Below are positions 14,276 to 26,597 of a stretch of 64,000 nt of DNA, one piece after another. A program made the translations under genes and the position numbers. Each line of letters opens with the position of its first letter. The first letter of the stretch is position 1. Origin of the DNA: Eledone cirrhosa (taxonomy: Eukaryota). The notes under the pieces are model-generated. The model had not been told where the DNA came from. It made no database searches and worked only from the letters and a program-made list of their open reading frames with translations. The stretch covers positions 54,002,001 through 54,066,000 of the forward strand of contig OZ024748.1 in NCBI GenBank assembly GCA_964016885.1. The letters are read 5' to 3'.

Positions 14276-14489
14276 TTCATACTCTGCTGAGGTCTTTTAT
14301 TTCTTGGATAAAAATTACATCAAAATAAAGAATTTAATATTTAGTCAAACATAAATAAAGTATTATTGGAAAGGACTATAAATGAGAGGAAAAGGAGAGA
14401 ATGGTCAAATATTATTGAGCAACGAAAGAAATGGGGAAGGGGAGAGGGTGACCAACCCTACACCTAGGCCAGAGTGGTCTTTTGATTGT

Positions 14490-14940
14490 GTGTGTGTCAG
14501 TGTACCTCTTAGTGTGTGTGAGTCAGTCAGTCAGTGTACATGTTAGTGTGTGTGTATGTCAGTCAGTGTACATGTTAGTGTATGTCAGTTAGTGTATGTG
14601 TATGTCAGTCAGTGTACATGTTAGTGTGTGTGAGTCAGTCAGTGTACATGTTAGTGTGTGTGTATGTCAGTCAGTGTACATGTTAGTGTGTGTGTGTATG
14701 TCAGTCAGTGTACATGTTAGTGTGTGTGTATGTCAGTCAGTGTACATGTTAGTGTGTGTGTGTGTATGTCTGTCAGTGTACATGTTAGTGTATGTGTATG
14801 TCAGTCAGTGTATATGTTAGTGTGTGTATGTCAGTCAGTGTACATGTTAGTGTATGTCAATTAGTGTATGTGTATGTCAGTCAGTGTACATGTTAGTGTG
14901 TGTATGCCAGTCAGTGTACATGTTAGTGTGTGTGTGTGCC
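14490..14940 (+). repeat. ~30-bp minisatellite tatgtcagtcagtgtacatgttagtgtg(tg)n
   Basis: About 13 units with variable TG spacer. Confidence 0.92.
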
Positions 14941-15274
14941 TACGTCTTTCCAATACAATTTGCTCCATTACAAAGCAACTATCGCTGTTCAAGTGATGAT
15001 CACTCGTTGAAACACTTTTGACCGATTGCACGCTGACCAGCTTGCGGTCATATTTGTTACTGTCCGTGGCTCATGTCCAGCAAACCTTTACCAACACTCT
15101 TCCCCTACCACACCACCCTCACTGACCACACCACCCTCCACCCTCATTACCAATCTACCAACCAACATATTGTTAGTGATTGTTATTGTGTTTACTTTGA
15201 TTTTTTTGGTTTTGTTTTGTTATTGTTGTTGTTGTTGTTTTCGTATTTTCTGGCACTAGTCGAGATAATTAGTA

Positions 15275-16350
15275 CTGCAACCACTAACACCACCACCACC
15301 ATCACCGTCACCACCTCTACTAATACCACTGCCACCACCACCACCACTATCGCTAGCACTACCATTATAACTATGACTACTAATGCCGCCACCACCACCG
15401 CCACTGTGGCCAGCACGACCATTATAACTACAACTACTAATACCATCACCACCACTACCAATACCTCTACTAATACCACTTCCACTATCACTATCTCTAG
15501 CACCACTATTATAACTACCATTACTAGTATCACCACCACCACCACCATTATAACTGTGATTACTAAAACCACCACTACTAATACCACCACCACCACCACC
15601 ACTATCGCTACCATCACCATTATAACTACCACTACTAATACCTCCACCACCACCACCAATACCACTACTAATACCACCGCCACCACCACTATCGCTACCA
15701 TCACCATTATAACTACCACTACTAATACCTCCACCACCACCACCAATACCACTACTAATACCTCCACCACTACTAATACCTCCACCACCACCACCACCAA
15801 TACCACTACTAATACCTCCACCACTACTAATACCACCGCCACCACCACTATCGCTACCATCACCATTATAACTACCACTACTAATACCTCCACCTCCACA
15901 ATTACCACTACTAATACCTCCACCACCACCACCAATACCACTACTAATACCACCGCCACCACCACTATCGCTACCATCACCATTATAACTACCACTACTA
16001 ATACCTCCACCACCACCACCAATACCACTACTAATACCACCGCCACCACCACTATCGCTACCATCACTATTATAACTACCACTACTAATACCTCCACCAC
16101 TATCGCTACCATCACCATTATAACTACCACTACTAATACCTCCACCACCACCACCAATACCACTACTAATACCACCGCCACTACTAATACCTCCACCACC
16201 ACCACCAATACCACTACTAATACCACCGCCACTACTAATACCACCGCCACCACCACTATCGCTACCATCACCATTATAACTACCACTACTAATACCTCCA
16301 CCACCACAATTACCACTACTAATACCCCTGCCATACCATCACCGCCACCA
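15275..16350 (+). repeat. ACC/ACT minisatellite (unit contains actatcgctaccatcaccattataact)
   Basis: Higher-order unit repeated about 7 times. Confidence 0.88.
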
Positions 16351-16416
16351 CTAACATTTTGTAAACATACACTTTAGAGATTAAGTTAAATACTAGCATT
16401 ACCACCACAACACATC

Positions 16417-16603
16417 GGATTGGCAGTCTAGGTAGACCGTCAGACACCATGCTTTGCAGCATAGAGTTACAGCCCTTTACGGTCTGAGTTCAAATCCCGC
16501 CGAGGTTAACTTTGCCTTTTATCCTTACGGGGTCGATAAAATAAAGTGCCAGTAATACACTCGAGTAATTGCTGGCCTTGTGCCAAAAGTGGAAACAATT
16601 ATT
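16417..16603 (+). mobile_element. tRNA-derived SINE family A
   Basis: A-box-like tggcagtctagg, B-box gagttcaaatcc, core aactttgccttttatccttacggggtcgataaaataaagt, end ggccttgtgccaaaagtggaaacaattatt. Confidence 0.9.
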
Positions 16604-17444
16604 ACCATCGCTGCTACTAATACTACTACTAGTACTAACATTACCACAATTACCAGCACTGCCATCACCCTCGCTACCACTATAAATACTACTATCATTA
16701 CAACACCACTTTAATACCACTACAATCAGCACTACTGATACAATGACCGCTACTAGCACCACCACCAACACAACAACCACCGCCATACCACTACCACCAA
16801 CCACCACCATACCACCACCAACAACCACCACCATACCATCATCACCACCAACAACCACATACCACCATCACCACCAACAACCACCGCCTTACCACCACGA
16901 ACAACCACCACCATACCACCACCAACAACCACCACCATACCACCATCATCACCACCACCAACCACCGCCATACCACCACCACCAACAACAACAACGTCAT
17001 GCCACCATTACCAACAACAACAGCAGTTCCTGCCAAAGAGAGAATCGTTACATAGTTACTCAATTTGTTAGAAATAACAGCCAAACTTCCCTTGAAACAC
17101 TCCCTAAACTTTAACCCTTCCATTACTGTAATGACGTTTAGATACCAAAATATAGTTACCTATTAGAAATAACAGCTAAAATCTCCCTCAAACCACAACA
17201 ACCACCATCATAACCGTCGCCATATTGTATGTATATATTTAACTCTTTTGTTACCATATTTATAATGTTCTCTACAGAATTCTCTTTCCAGTATTTACCA
17301 TAATTTAGCAGTAACTAGTCATGTTTCTTATATCTTATTGTTAACAATCTAAAACCATGTGGACACTGCTGAGATAAAGTCGTGCCAAATTATACCATTT
17401 TACTCTCTTACCTATTCCAGCTATCCGGCTGAGGCCATGCTGGG

Positions 17445-17562
17445 ATGTAATGTCTCGTAACTCCTGAAGGAGTCGTAGGGGCGTCTCTTGGGCCATTTCT
17501 AAACTTGTCGGAGCCCATCTCCTCTCCAGGTCTGAATACAGGAGATTTCTTCCAGAGAAGTT
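17445..17562 (-). mobile_element. Dispersed repeat F (unclassified)
   Basis: Reverse complement matches cttctctggaagaaatct.ctgtattca...gcccctacgac at 35147-35253 and 46869-46995. Confidence 0.7.
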
Positions 17563-17889
17563 AGAGAGTGAGAGAATATAAGTGAGAAATAGGTATAGAG
17601 GAAGAATCGATCCCAGTACTTGACTGGTACTTTTTTATCGACCTCAAATGGATAAAAGGCACCAATTTATGATACTGTTCGATTAAAGTACTCCGTTCGT
17701 ATAAAAAAAAACCCAAGTGTACATAAAAAATAAAAATGCATATTCCTAATTTAATTTGACAATATATAAGTATATATCCAAAATGGCTGATTGAATACAT
17801 ACGTGATTTTTCTCTCAGAAAATTTTTTTATCGTTCCATTCTCTTCTCATTCTTTATCTTTCTGTTTCATCTTTTATATCTCATTCTAT

Positions 17890-18016
17890 CCTCTGGTGAA
17901 GGAATATTGTCCGAAACGTTAAGACTCTTATCCTACTGTATCAAGCATTAAACTAATATGTTTCTTCATTGTACTGTATCGTCTGCTTTGTTGTTTCTGT
18001 TTACGTTTTGTACATT
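17890..18016 (+). mobile_element. PLE-type 3' end with degenerate hammerhead
   Basis: ct-CTGGTGA-agga(atattg)tcc-GAAA-cgt-TA-ag; core has a substitution in CUGANGA. Confidence 0.55.
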
Positions 18017-18135
18017 TACACACACACACTTACACACACACGCATATATATATTGACTATATGGCTTCAAACGCTATTGCGAATAATGTATTACGTATTA
18101 TATCAAGTAATATATATATATATCTTTTTTAAATA

Positions 18136-18240
18136 AGACTCCAGTTGCATTTTCGATTTCATCTTTTTTTCTTTATACTTTCACTCGTGTAGGACACCTC
18201 GGTTATTTTTCATTTTGTAAAAAAACCTCACTTTCTAATA
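18136..18240 (+). mobile_element. Dispersed repeat E ending at a dinucleotide microsatellite
   Basis: ctttatactttcactcgtgtaggacacctcggttatttttcattttgtaaa..aacctcactttctaat also at 33329-33399 and 40125-40218. Confidence 0.8.
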
Positions 18241-18252
18241 TATATATATATG

Positions 18253-18726
18253 TTTTGACTGCTGTTTCTTGTAAACAGTCATTCGTCTCATTCTGACGTC
18301 ACTAGCCCTGTTCTCCATGTGTGTTTATTATCTTAATTCTACACGAGGTGTAACTAGCCTGCTTTTAAATTCCCTTTTGGCATATTTTAGCTGTAAGTCT
18401 TAGTTATCGTGTTGAGCTCTACTGATGAACGATTCCAACCGTGACTAACCCCACTGAAAAGTTTCGTGAAATAGTCTTTTTAAGACTATATTTGTAGATT
18501 TTTCCAAATTGAAGGATAAGTATTTACCCTTAATTTTATTCTGAGTTAAGACTCTATTGGTTTTTTCCCTGGATTACACAAAATCTGTGGATTTCTGTCT
18601 TGACTTTTTTTGAATTGAGATTGAATTATTTTCCCATATCTTACGTTAAATATTTTCCATCTTGACGTAATAGTCACTTATATGTATGAATTACTGTTGC
18701 CTTCTTGCTCACATTAATTTCTCTAT

Positions 18727-18730
<4 letters not shown>
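18253..18730 (+). mobile_element. (TA)n-flanked element with incomplete hammerhead core
   Basis: CTGATGA-acga...tcgt-GAAA at 18422-18471; helix III and helix I not recoverable. Confidence 0.4.
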
Positions 18731-18765
<35 letters not shown>

Positions 18766-18770
<5 letters not shown>

Positions 18771-19017
18771 TAAGTTGTATTATTGGTTGTGTCATACGGT
18801 CCAATAAACTTTTGTTAGCAATATTAAGTTCTCCACGCTTTTGTATATCTCCAATTCCATTTATGGGAACAGCTAGATGATGTAAAACTGAGTATTTGTA
18901 TCAAAATAAAGATCCGAAGGCATGGTATAAATTTCCAATAATTTTAATCACGACAGCAATATTATTGTCGTGATTAAAATGATTGGAAATGTATACCATG
19001 CCTTCGGATCTTTATTT

Positions 19018-19022
<5 letters not shown>
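18766..19022 (-). mobile_element. Hairpin-tail element (singleton)
   Basis: Hairpin 18899-19022 (~57-bp arms, 10-nt loop), tail 18766-18898, (TA)n flanks; GAAA-tgta-TA at 18986-18995. Confidence 0.85.
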
Positions 19023-19065
<43 letters not shown>

Positions 19066-19514
19066 CCATGTTTGCCAAAGCAGGATGAGGCATTTTTTTT
19101 TATTGGATTGGGGTGGTTCCCCCCCCCCCCCCCATCACTCAGCCACCCCCACACTCCTCCACCCCGCCCCACTCTCTATTACATACGCACACTCACGTGA
19201 CGTTACATTCCAGTCTATGTTTCTACCCCTTCTGCATCGTCTGTCCTTCTCACTTTATGTCACCCAGTGGGCCCCCTCCCTCCCTCGCTCCCTTCCCCCT
19301 GCTACCTCCTCTTTCTCGTCCCTTCCTCCTACTACTGCACCACCCCGCCCTCCACCTACTGCCCCTCCCCGACCTTACCCCAGTAATTTAGTCATCAGCC
19401 CCATCATCATCTGTTGTTCATCAAGTGCCGCAGCAAGAATGGGGGCGAGGCGAGGTGTAGACAGCCCAGGGGTTGCGGTGTTGGTGGAGGAATAGTTTGA
19501 GATGGTGATGTGTT

Positions 19515-20055
19515 TCGCCGTTGTTGTTGTTGTCATTGTTGTTGTTATTGTTGTTGTTATTGTTGTTATTGATGTTGTTATTGTTGTTGTTATTGTTGTC
19601 GTCCTTGCTGTTGTTGTTGTAGTGGTTATTGCTGTTGTGGTTGTTGTTATTGTTGTCGTCCTTGTTGTTGTTGTTGCCATTGTTGTTATTGTTATCATTG
19701 TTGTTGTTATTCTGGTCGTCCTTGCTGTTGTCATTGTTGTTGTAGTTGTTATTGCTGTTGTCGTAGTTGTTGTAGTTGTCGTAGTTGTTGGCATTGGTGT
19801 TATTATTGTTGTTGTTTTTGTCAATGTTGTCATCGTGATTGTAGTTATTGTGATGATTGTTGCTATTGTAGTTGTTGTTATGGTGGTTGTTGTGGTGATT
19901 GTTGTGGTGGTTGTTGTGGTGGTTGTTGTGGTGGTTGTTGTGATGGTTGTTGTGGTGGTTGTTGTAGTTGTTGTTATGGTGGTTGTTATGGTGGTTGTTG
20001 TGGTGGTTGATGTGGTGATTGTTGTGGTCGCCGCAATTGTTGTTATTGTCATTGT
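19515..20055. repeat. Degenerate (GTT)n/(GGT)n tract
   Basis: Direct reading. Confidence 0.9.
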
Positions 20056-20119
20056 TTCAACTGGCTTCCAAACAGTTTCTGCCCCGGCTACTCAATTCCA
20101 CTCACAAGGAATACGGGTT

Positions 20120-20580
20120 GACCCGAGGCTGTGGTAAGTCACACTAACCCAACCCGAGGCTGTGGTAGTCACACTTACCCAACCCGAGGCTGTGGTAGTC
20201 ACACTTACCCAACCGGATTCTGTGGTAAGTCACACTTATCCAACCCGAGGCTGTCGTAGTCACACTTACCCAACCCGAGGCTGTGGTAGTCACACTTACC
20301 CAACCCGAGGCTGTGGTAAGTCACACTTATCCAACCCGAGATTGTGGTAGTCACACTCACCCAACCCGAGGCTGTGGTAAGTCACACTTATCCAACCCGA
20401 GGCTATGGTAAGTCACACCTACCCATCATACCACGGGTAAACCCGAGGTTGTGGTAAGTCACACTGACCCAACCCGAGGCTGTGGTAAGTCACACCTACC
20501 CAAATTACCACGGGTAAACCCGAGGTTGTGGTAAGTCACACTTACCCAACCCGAACTATGGTAAGTCACACTTACCCTAC
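20120..20580 (+). repeat. ~31-bp minisatellite acccgaggctgtggta(a)gtcacacttaccca, adjoining a minus-strand tRNA-like SINE head (20592-20650)
   Basis: About 14 units; adjacent ggtatcgaactc...gaccattcggcca is a reversed B-box/A-box pair. Confidence 0.88.
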
Positions 20581-21199
20581 ATACCACGCTTTGGTATCGA
20601 ACTCAGAACCTAATGATTGTAAAGCGAACTCTTTGACCATTCGGCCATGTCTCACTGCGACCACTTACTAATATAGAACAAAGGTGAGGTGTTGGTTACT
20701 TCAGTTATAGGAAGACCTGCAGGGAGGTGTAGGGTGGCCCGGTGGTGCAGTGGGGGAGAATTAGGGTGGGGGTTAGTAATAAGTGAAGGAGGGAGAGGGA
20801 GGTGGGGTGATGGGGAATGAAAGAGGGTGTGTGGTGGAGGGAGCGAGGTTGGTGGAGGGGTGAGAGAGAGAGGGAGGAATGAGATAGGTGGGGGTGAAGT
20901 AGGAAGTGGGGAGGGAGAGATGATCTGATACATGTTATTGTAATTGACCATGAATATGGATGACAAGAGAGCGAATGTGTGTGTGGGGGGGGGGGGGGGC
21001 TTGTGTGGATATGGGGTGTTGTGTGGCTGTGTGTTGGTTATATGTGTGTGTGTGTCTGTGTGTAACGAAGCAAAGTTCTGTCTTAGTGTGGTGGTCACTC
21101 AATACTGACACCAATATCAACACCACACTGCCTATCATATAACCCCCGCCACTCTTGTCCTAATAACACTGTAGTAGTAGTAGTTGTTGCAGTAACAGC

Positions 21200-21246
<47 letters not shown>

Positions 21247-21529
21247 CAGCAGCAGCAGCAAGATTAGTAGTAGTGGTAGTAGCAGTAGTAGTAGCAGTTG
21301 ATGTCGTTTAACCCCAGGTCGGTCAAGATTCGACACGCTTTTGAGCAAAATCATTCCAGCAATCACCAACTCATTTTTTTAAATTTTATCTATCATCTAT
21401 CTAATATAGTAATTACCAGCCTGGGGTCCACATAGGTACTTATGATTCCGTGGGCTTGTTGAGTAGACAGACCTTTCAAAAGTCTGTGGGTTCCATGACG
21501 AAATTCCATTAAATATACATCGTCCTTCC

Positions 21530-21810
21530 TAGTGGAAAGACACCCTTCGGCCACGAATGACCATGGGATTTGCATCTTGAAAGAATTCCTTCCGAGACAC
21601 AAGTCCGAGCAATGTGTTTTTGTGGAAGACTTGCAGTCACCCATATATACCAATCTCGCATCTCTAAGACACCGATGTTATCCAACAGAAAGTCTATGAC
21701 CGATACAGCTTGGCACCCGGTGACATCGCAATTTATTTCTACACCTGAGTAAACTGGAGCAACGTGGAATAAACTGAGTAAACTGGAACACAACGCATCG
21801 CCCGGTCTGT
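21530..21810 (-). mobile_element. SINE family B body and 3' region
   Basis: tttctacacctgagtaaactggagcaacgtg shared with 37376-37410; ggaagac..gcagt segment shared with 45781. Confidence 0.7.
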
Positions 21811-22029
21811 GAATAAAAGAAAATCCCTGTTTTAATGTTACATTATACTGGGTAAACTTCGACAAGCTGAAGATCGCGAAGATCATTTTTTGTCCTTAAA
21901 CATGATTGAAGAGTAATTTGGCTGCTATGTCTTGTCGGTCAGGTTACCACATAATAACACTTTTGTTGCTTAAGTTTATTTACTTCTATGTCAGTCGTGA
22001 TTGATCTAATCCAGCCAAGGCTAATAATC

Positions 22030-22430
22030 GATAGGAAGGGGAATGTCGATTAAATCGACTCCAGTGCGTTACTGCTACTTTAGTTTATCGGTTACGTAAG
22101 GATGAAAGGCAAAACTAACCTCGTTGGGATTTGAACCCAGAATGTAAAGGGTCTTTACCATATGCCACAAAGCATGCTATCCGACGCTTTGCCTATACTG
22201 CCAATCTACCACACTTAAATTCAGTAAAAATGATTTCTACTTTAGGCACAAGGCCAGCAATTTTGGACGAGGGGAAAGTTGATTAAATCGACCCCAGTGT
22301 ATTACTGGTGTTTTATTTTTTTCGACCCCGTAAGGAAAAAAGGCAAAGCTAACTCCGGCGGGATTTGAACTCAGAACGTAAAGGGCCGTAACTATATGTC
22401 GCAAAGCATGCTATCTGACGCTCTGCCAAT
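22030..22430 (-). mobile_element. Two tandem SINE family A copies (about 22030-22205 and 22228-22430)
   Basis: Two cores with reversed B-boxes ggatttgaac. Confidence 0.88.
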
Positions 22431-23040
22431 CTACCAATTCAATAAAAATAATACAAACTAATTTTTTTTTTTTTTTTTCTCCATTTAAGACGAACATTTC
22501 AGTTAATTGAGATTTTTTAATTTCTTTTTCTTTTACATACGTCATCCGGTACACCAGCTCCATAACTTAATTAAACGAGGGAATGTTTATCTGAAATACT
22601 TCGAAATATAGGGGAAAAAATGAAACCTCATCAAAAATCACCTAGCTTATGTTTCTTATTGATAAATATGCTTCATTTATTGAATAAAAAAATGTACTTC
22701 AATAGTTTCTCTAGTTTAATTTATTAATATTTATAGGCTAAATATATATAAATAGTTTCTTTTTTAAATATAGTTTTTGGGCTTTTATTCTTCCACTGAT
22801 TTCAGTCATTACATTAGACTATGGCCATATTTTTTTTTTTTTATCTATCTACAAAGTGTACCAAATGTGAACGGGGAAAAAAACACAGCAAGAGAGAAAT
22901 TGGAAAATATTGCATGTAGACTTTACTATAAGGTGGTGATATGAGGGGGGATTTGGGTTCTATTTCTAGCATGTCGAGTGACGATGTAGAGGCTAACTTC
23001 CCCGTCCCCCTCTCTCTCTATCTATCTACCTATCTCTTTC

Positions 23041-23113
<73 letters not shown>

Positions 23114-23142
23114 GGTATATATATATATATATATATATATAC

Positions 23143-23179
<37 letters not shown>

Positions 23180-23182
<3 letters not shown>

Positions 23183-23537
23183 CAGAAGGGATATTCAATT
23201 TGTTGGTAATTCAACAAATATAAATGTTTATAACTGATTCAGAGCACTCAACAGATATTCTGGAGTATAATATACAATGATATTAAATAAATGGAAACTA
23301 TATTTATAAAACCATATTTATTCTATTATATATATTTATGTATATTCTATTATATATATTTCAAGTTATCCAAGGATAACTTGAACCGTTAAGGTATATT
23401 CTCCTTGGTTATGTCAAAATTTATAAAACGCACTTCGTATTTTATCTGATGATAGCGTACCAAAATGTTGGTACCCTTGAAATATATATAATAGAATAAA
23501 TATGGTTTTATAAATATAGTTTCCATTTATTTAATAT

Positions 23538-23542
<5 letters not shown>
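23180..23542 (-). mobile_element. Hairpin-tail family D (hammerhead-bearing)
   Basis: Tail is the reverse complement of 33940-34023; arms caatgatattaaataaatggaaacta... / ...tagtttccatttatttaatatcattg; (TA)n flanks. Confidence 0.9.
23438..23498 (+). ncRNA. Type I hammerhead ribozyme (family D)
   Basis: tattttat-CTGATGA-tagcgtacc(aaaatgtt)ggtaccctt-GAAA-tatata-TA-atagaata; 8-bp stem I. Confidence 0.75.
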
Positions 23543-23607
<65 letters not shown>

Positions 23608-23930
23608 AATGGTAGCTATGATGCTTCCATAGGTGGTATGCCAGTTGAGCACTCTATGTTCTTACAGAGCAGAGTGTGATATAATATAAAACGAAAAATC
23701 AGTGATGCATCTGGACTCAGTTTATTGTGTGTTACAATTGTTTCGCTGGCAGATAGCTCGAGACACGATCATTGTATGGATCTGTCCGATTCTAGATCCG
23801 AAGAACCTGCAGATCTAGAATCGGACAGATCCATACAATGATCGTCTCTCGAGCTATCTGGCGGCGAAACAATTGTAACACACAATAAACTGAGTCCAGA
23901 TGCATCACTGATTTTTCGTTTTATATTATA
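23608..23930 (-). mobile_element. Hairpin-tail element with ~119-bp near-perfect arms
   Basis: Hairpin 23680-23930, 13-nt loop at 23799-23811; GAAA-caattg-TA at 23866-23877 and its mirror; tail 23608-23679. Confidence 0.92.
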
Positions 23931-25019
23931 TATATATATATATATATATAATTTTAGTAAGTAAGTTAATTTTTTAAATCTTTTTTTTTTTAATTTTCTT
24001 ATTTTACGTCTTTCATATTATTGTTCTGCATCCTCCTGCATTGAACCACCTAGGTACTATGACATAACTTATGTATTTGCTTGTATTAGCGTACATCTGT
24101 ACGCATATGTTAGTAGATATACTAAATTATATATATATATATATACTGTATCTATCTATCCTATGACAATATTCAGTATTGAGGTTGGTGATGGTGGTAG
24201 TGATTGGCTGTGATGGTGGTGTTGGCATTGGTGACGTAACCAACAACAACATCAATTATGGCAGTTGTGGTGGTGGTGGTGGTGGTGGTAATGGTCGCTA
24301 TGGTGGAAGTGGTTGTGGTGGTAGTAGTGGCTATGATGGTTGCAGTGGTGGATATGTCTGTGGTGGTAGTGATAGTGGATGTGATGGTTGCAGTGGTGAT
24401 GTTTGTTTTGGTGATTGTGGTTGTTGTAATAGTTGTTGGTGGTGGTGATGGTTGTAGTGGTAGTTGTGGTGGTGGTAATGGACGTGACGGTTGCAGTGAT
24501 GGTGGTAGTGGTGATTATGTTGGTTGTGATGGTGGTAGTGGTCATTATGTTGTGTGTTGTTCTAGTTGTGGCAGTAGTAGTTGTGGTGGTGATGGTGGTG
24601 GTGTTTGCTGGAATCACTCCCACGCCACCACACCACCCCTCGGTGACATATAAGAGGGGGTGGTGAGCGATAGATGAGAGAAGTAAGACTGAAAGTGAAA
24701 GTTGAGCTTGTTAAAGAAGGGAACATCAGTGACCAGTGGCGAAAACCAAGTGATGGAGCGTCTGTCAGATCTTGACAGCAGTGAGGGGTGGGTGTGGGTG
24801 GGCCCATAGCCAGCAGGGTGGTGGTGGTGGTGTGTGTGGGGGGGGGGGGGGGGATCATGAGAAGATTGGTGGCTGATGTGGCTTGATACTATGTTAGCTA
24901 GCCATCGAGTGAGGGTTGATGTTGGCTGTTCTGTTGGTGGTTGTAATATGGTCGAGGTGTGAGTTGTTAGTAATGATGGTGTGCTGGTAGATTAGAGGAG
25001 GGTGTAGTAGTGGATTGGG

Positions 25020-26597
25020 GGTAGAATGGTGGCGGAGTGTTGGTAGATTGGTGGCGGAGTGTTGGTAGATTGGTGGTGGTGGAGTATTGGTAGAATGGTG
25101 GCGGAGTGTTGGTAGATTGGTGGCGGAGTGTTGGTAGATTGGTGGCGGAGTGTTGGTAGATTGGTGGCGGAGTGTTGGTAGATTGGTGGCGGAGTGTTGG
25201 TAGATTGGTGGCGGAGTGTTGGTAGATTGGTGGCGGAGTGTTGGTAGATTGGTGGCGGAGTGTTGGTAGATTGGTGGTGGAGTGTTGGTAGATTGGTGGT
25301 GGAGTGTTGGTAGATTGGTGGCGGAGTGTTGGTAGATTGGTGGCGGAGTGTTGGTAGATTGGAGGCGGAGTGTTGGTAGATTGGTGGCGGAGTGTTGGTA
25401 GATTGGTGGCGGAGTATTGGTAGATTGGTGGCGGAGTGTTGGTAGATTGGTGGTGGTGGAGTATTGGTAGAATGGTGGCGGAGTGTTGGTAGATTGGTGG
25501 CGGAGTGTTGGTAGATTGGTGGTGGTGGAGTATTGGTAGAATGGTGGCGGAGTGTTGGTAGATTGGTGGCGGAGTGTTGGTAGATTGGTGGTGGTGGAGT
25601 ATTGGTAGAATGGTGGCGGAGTGTTGGTAGATTGGTGGCGGAGTGTTGGTAGATTGGTGGTGGTGGAGTATTGGTAGAATGGTGGCGGAGTGTTGGTAGA
25701 TTGGTGGCGGAGTGTTGGTAGATTGGTGGCGGAGTGTTGGTAGATTGGTGGCGGAGTGTTGGTAGATTGGTGGCGGAGTGTTGGTAGATTGGTGGCGGAG
25801 TGTTGGTAGATTGGTGGCGGAGTGTTGGTAGATTGGTGGCGGAGTGTTGGTAGATTGGTGGTGGAGTGTTGGTAGATTGGTGGTGGAGTGTTGGTAGATT
25901 GGTGGCGGAGTGTTGGTAGATTGGAGGCGGAGTGTTGGTAGATTGGTGGCGGAGTGTTGGTAGATTGGTGGCGGAGTATTGGTAGATTGGTGGCGGAGTG
26001 TTGGTAGATTGGTGGTGGTGGAGTATTGGTAGAATGGTGGCGGAGTGTTGGTAGATTGGTGGCGGAGTGTTGGTAGATTGGTGGTGGTGGAGTATTGGTA
26101 GAATGGTGGCGGAGTGTTGGTAGATTGGTGGCGGAGTGTTGGTAGATTGGTGGCGGAGTGTTGGTAGATTGGTGGTGGTGGAGTATTGGTAGAATGGTGG
26201 CGGAGTGTTGGTAGATTGGTGGCGGAGTGTTGGTAGATTGGTGGCGGAGTGTTGGTAGAATGGTGGCGGAGTGTTGGTAGATTGGTGGCGGAGTGTTGGT
26301 AGATTGGTGGCGGAGTGTTGGTGGATTGGTGGCGGAGTGTTGGTGGATTGGTGGCGGAGTGTTGGTAGATTGGTGGCGGAGTGTTGGTAGATTGGTGGTG
26401 GAGTGTTGGTAGATTGGTGGTGGAGTGTTGGTAGATTGGTGGCGGAGTGTTGGTAGATTGGTGGCGGAGTGTTGGTAGATTGGTGGTGGAGTGTTGATAG
26501 ATTGGTGGCGGAGTGTTGGTAGATTGGTGGCGGAGTGTTGATAGATTGGTGGCGGAGTGTTGGTGGATTGGTGGCGGAGTGTTGATAGATTGGTGGC
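25020..26597 (+). repeat. 22-bp minisatellite ggtagattggtggcggagtgtt (~70 units)
   Basis: Homogeneous tandem array; explains the three long minus-strand ORFs. Confidence 0.96.

Noticed and set aside
15073-16377. 434-aa ORF with a hydrophobic stretch followed by Thr repeats
   Set aside because: The hydrophobic part is a TTG repeat and the rest is minisatellite
18422-18480. Functional hammerhead
   Set aside because: CTGATGA, helix II and GAAA are present but helix I and III pairing cannot be formed; at most a remnant
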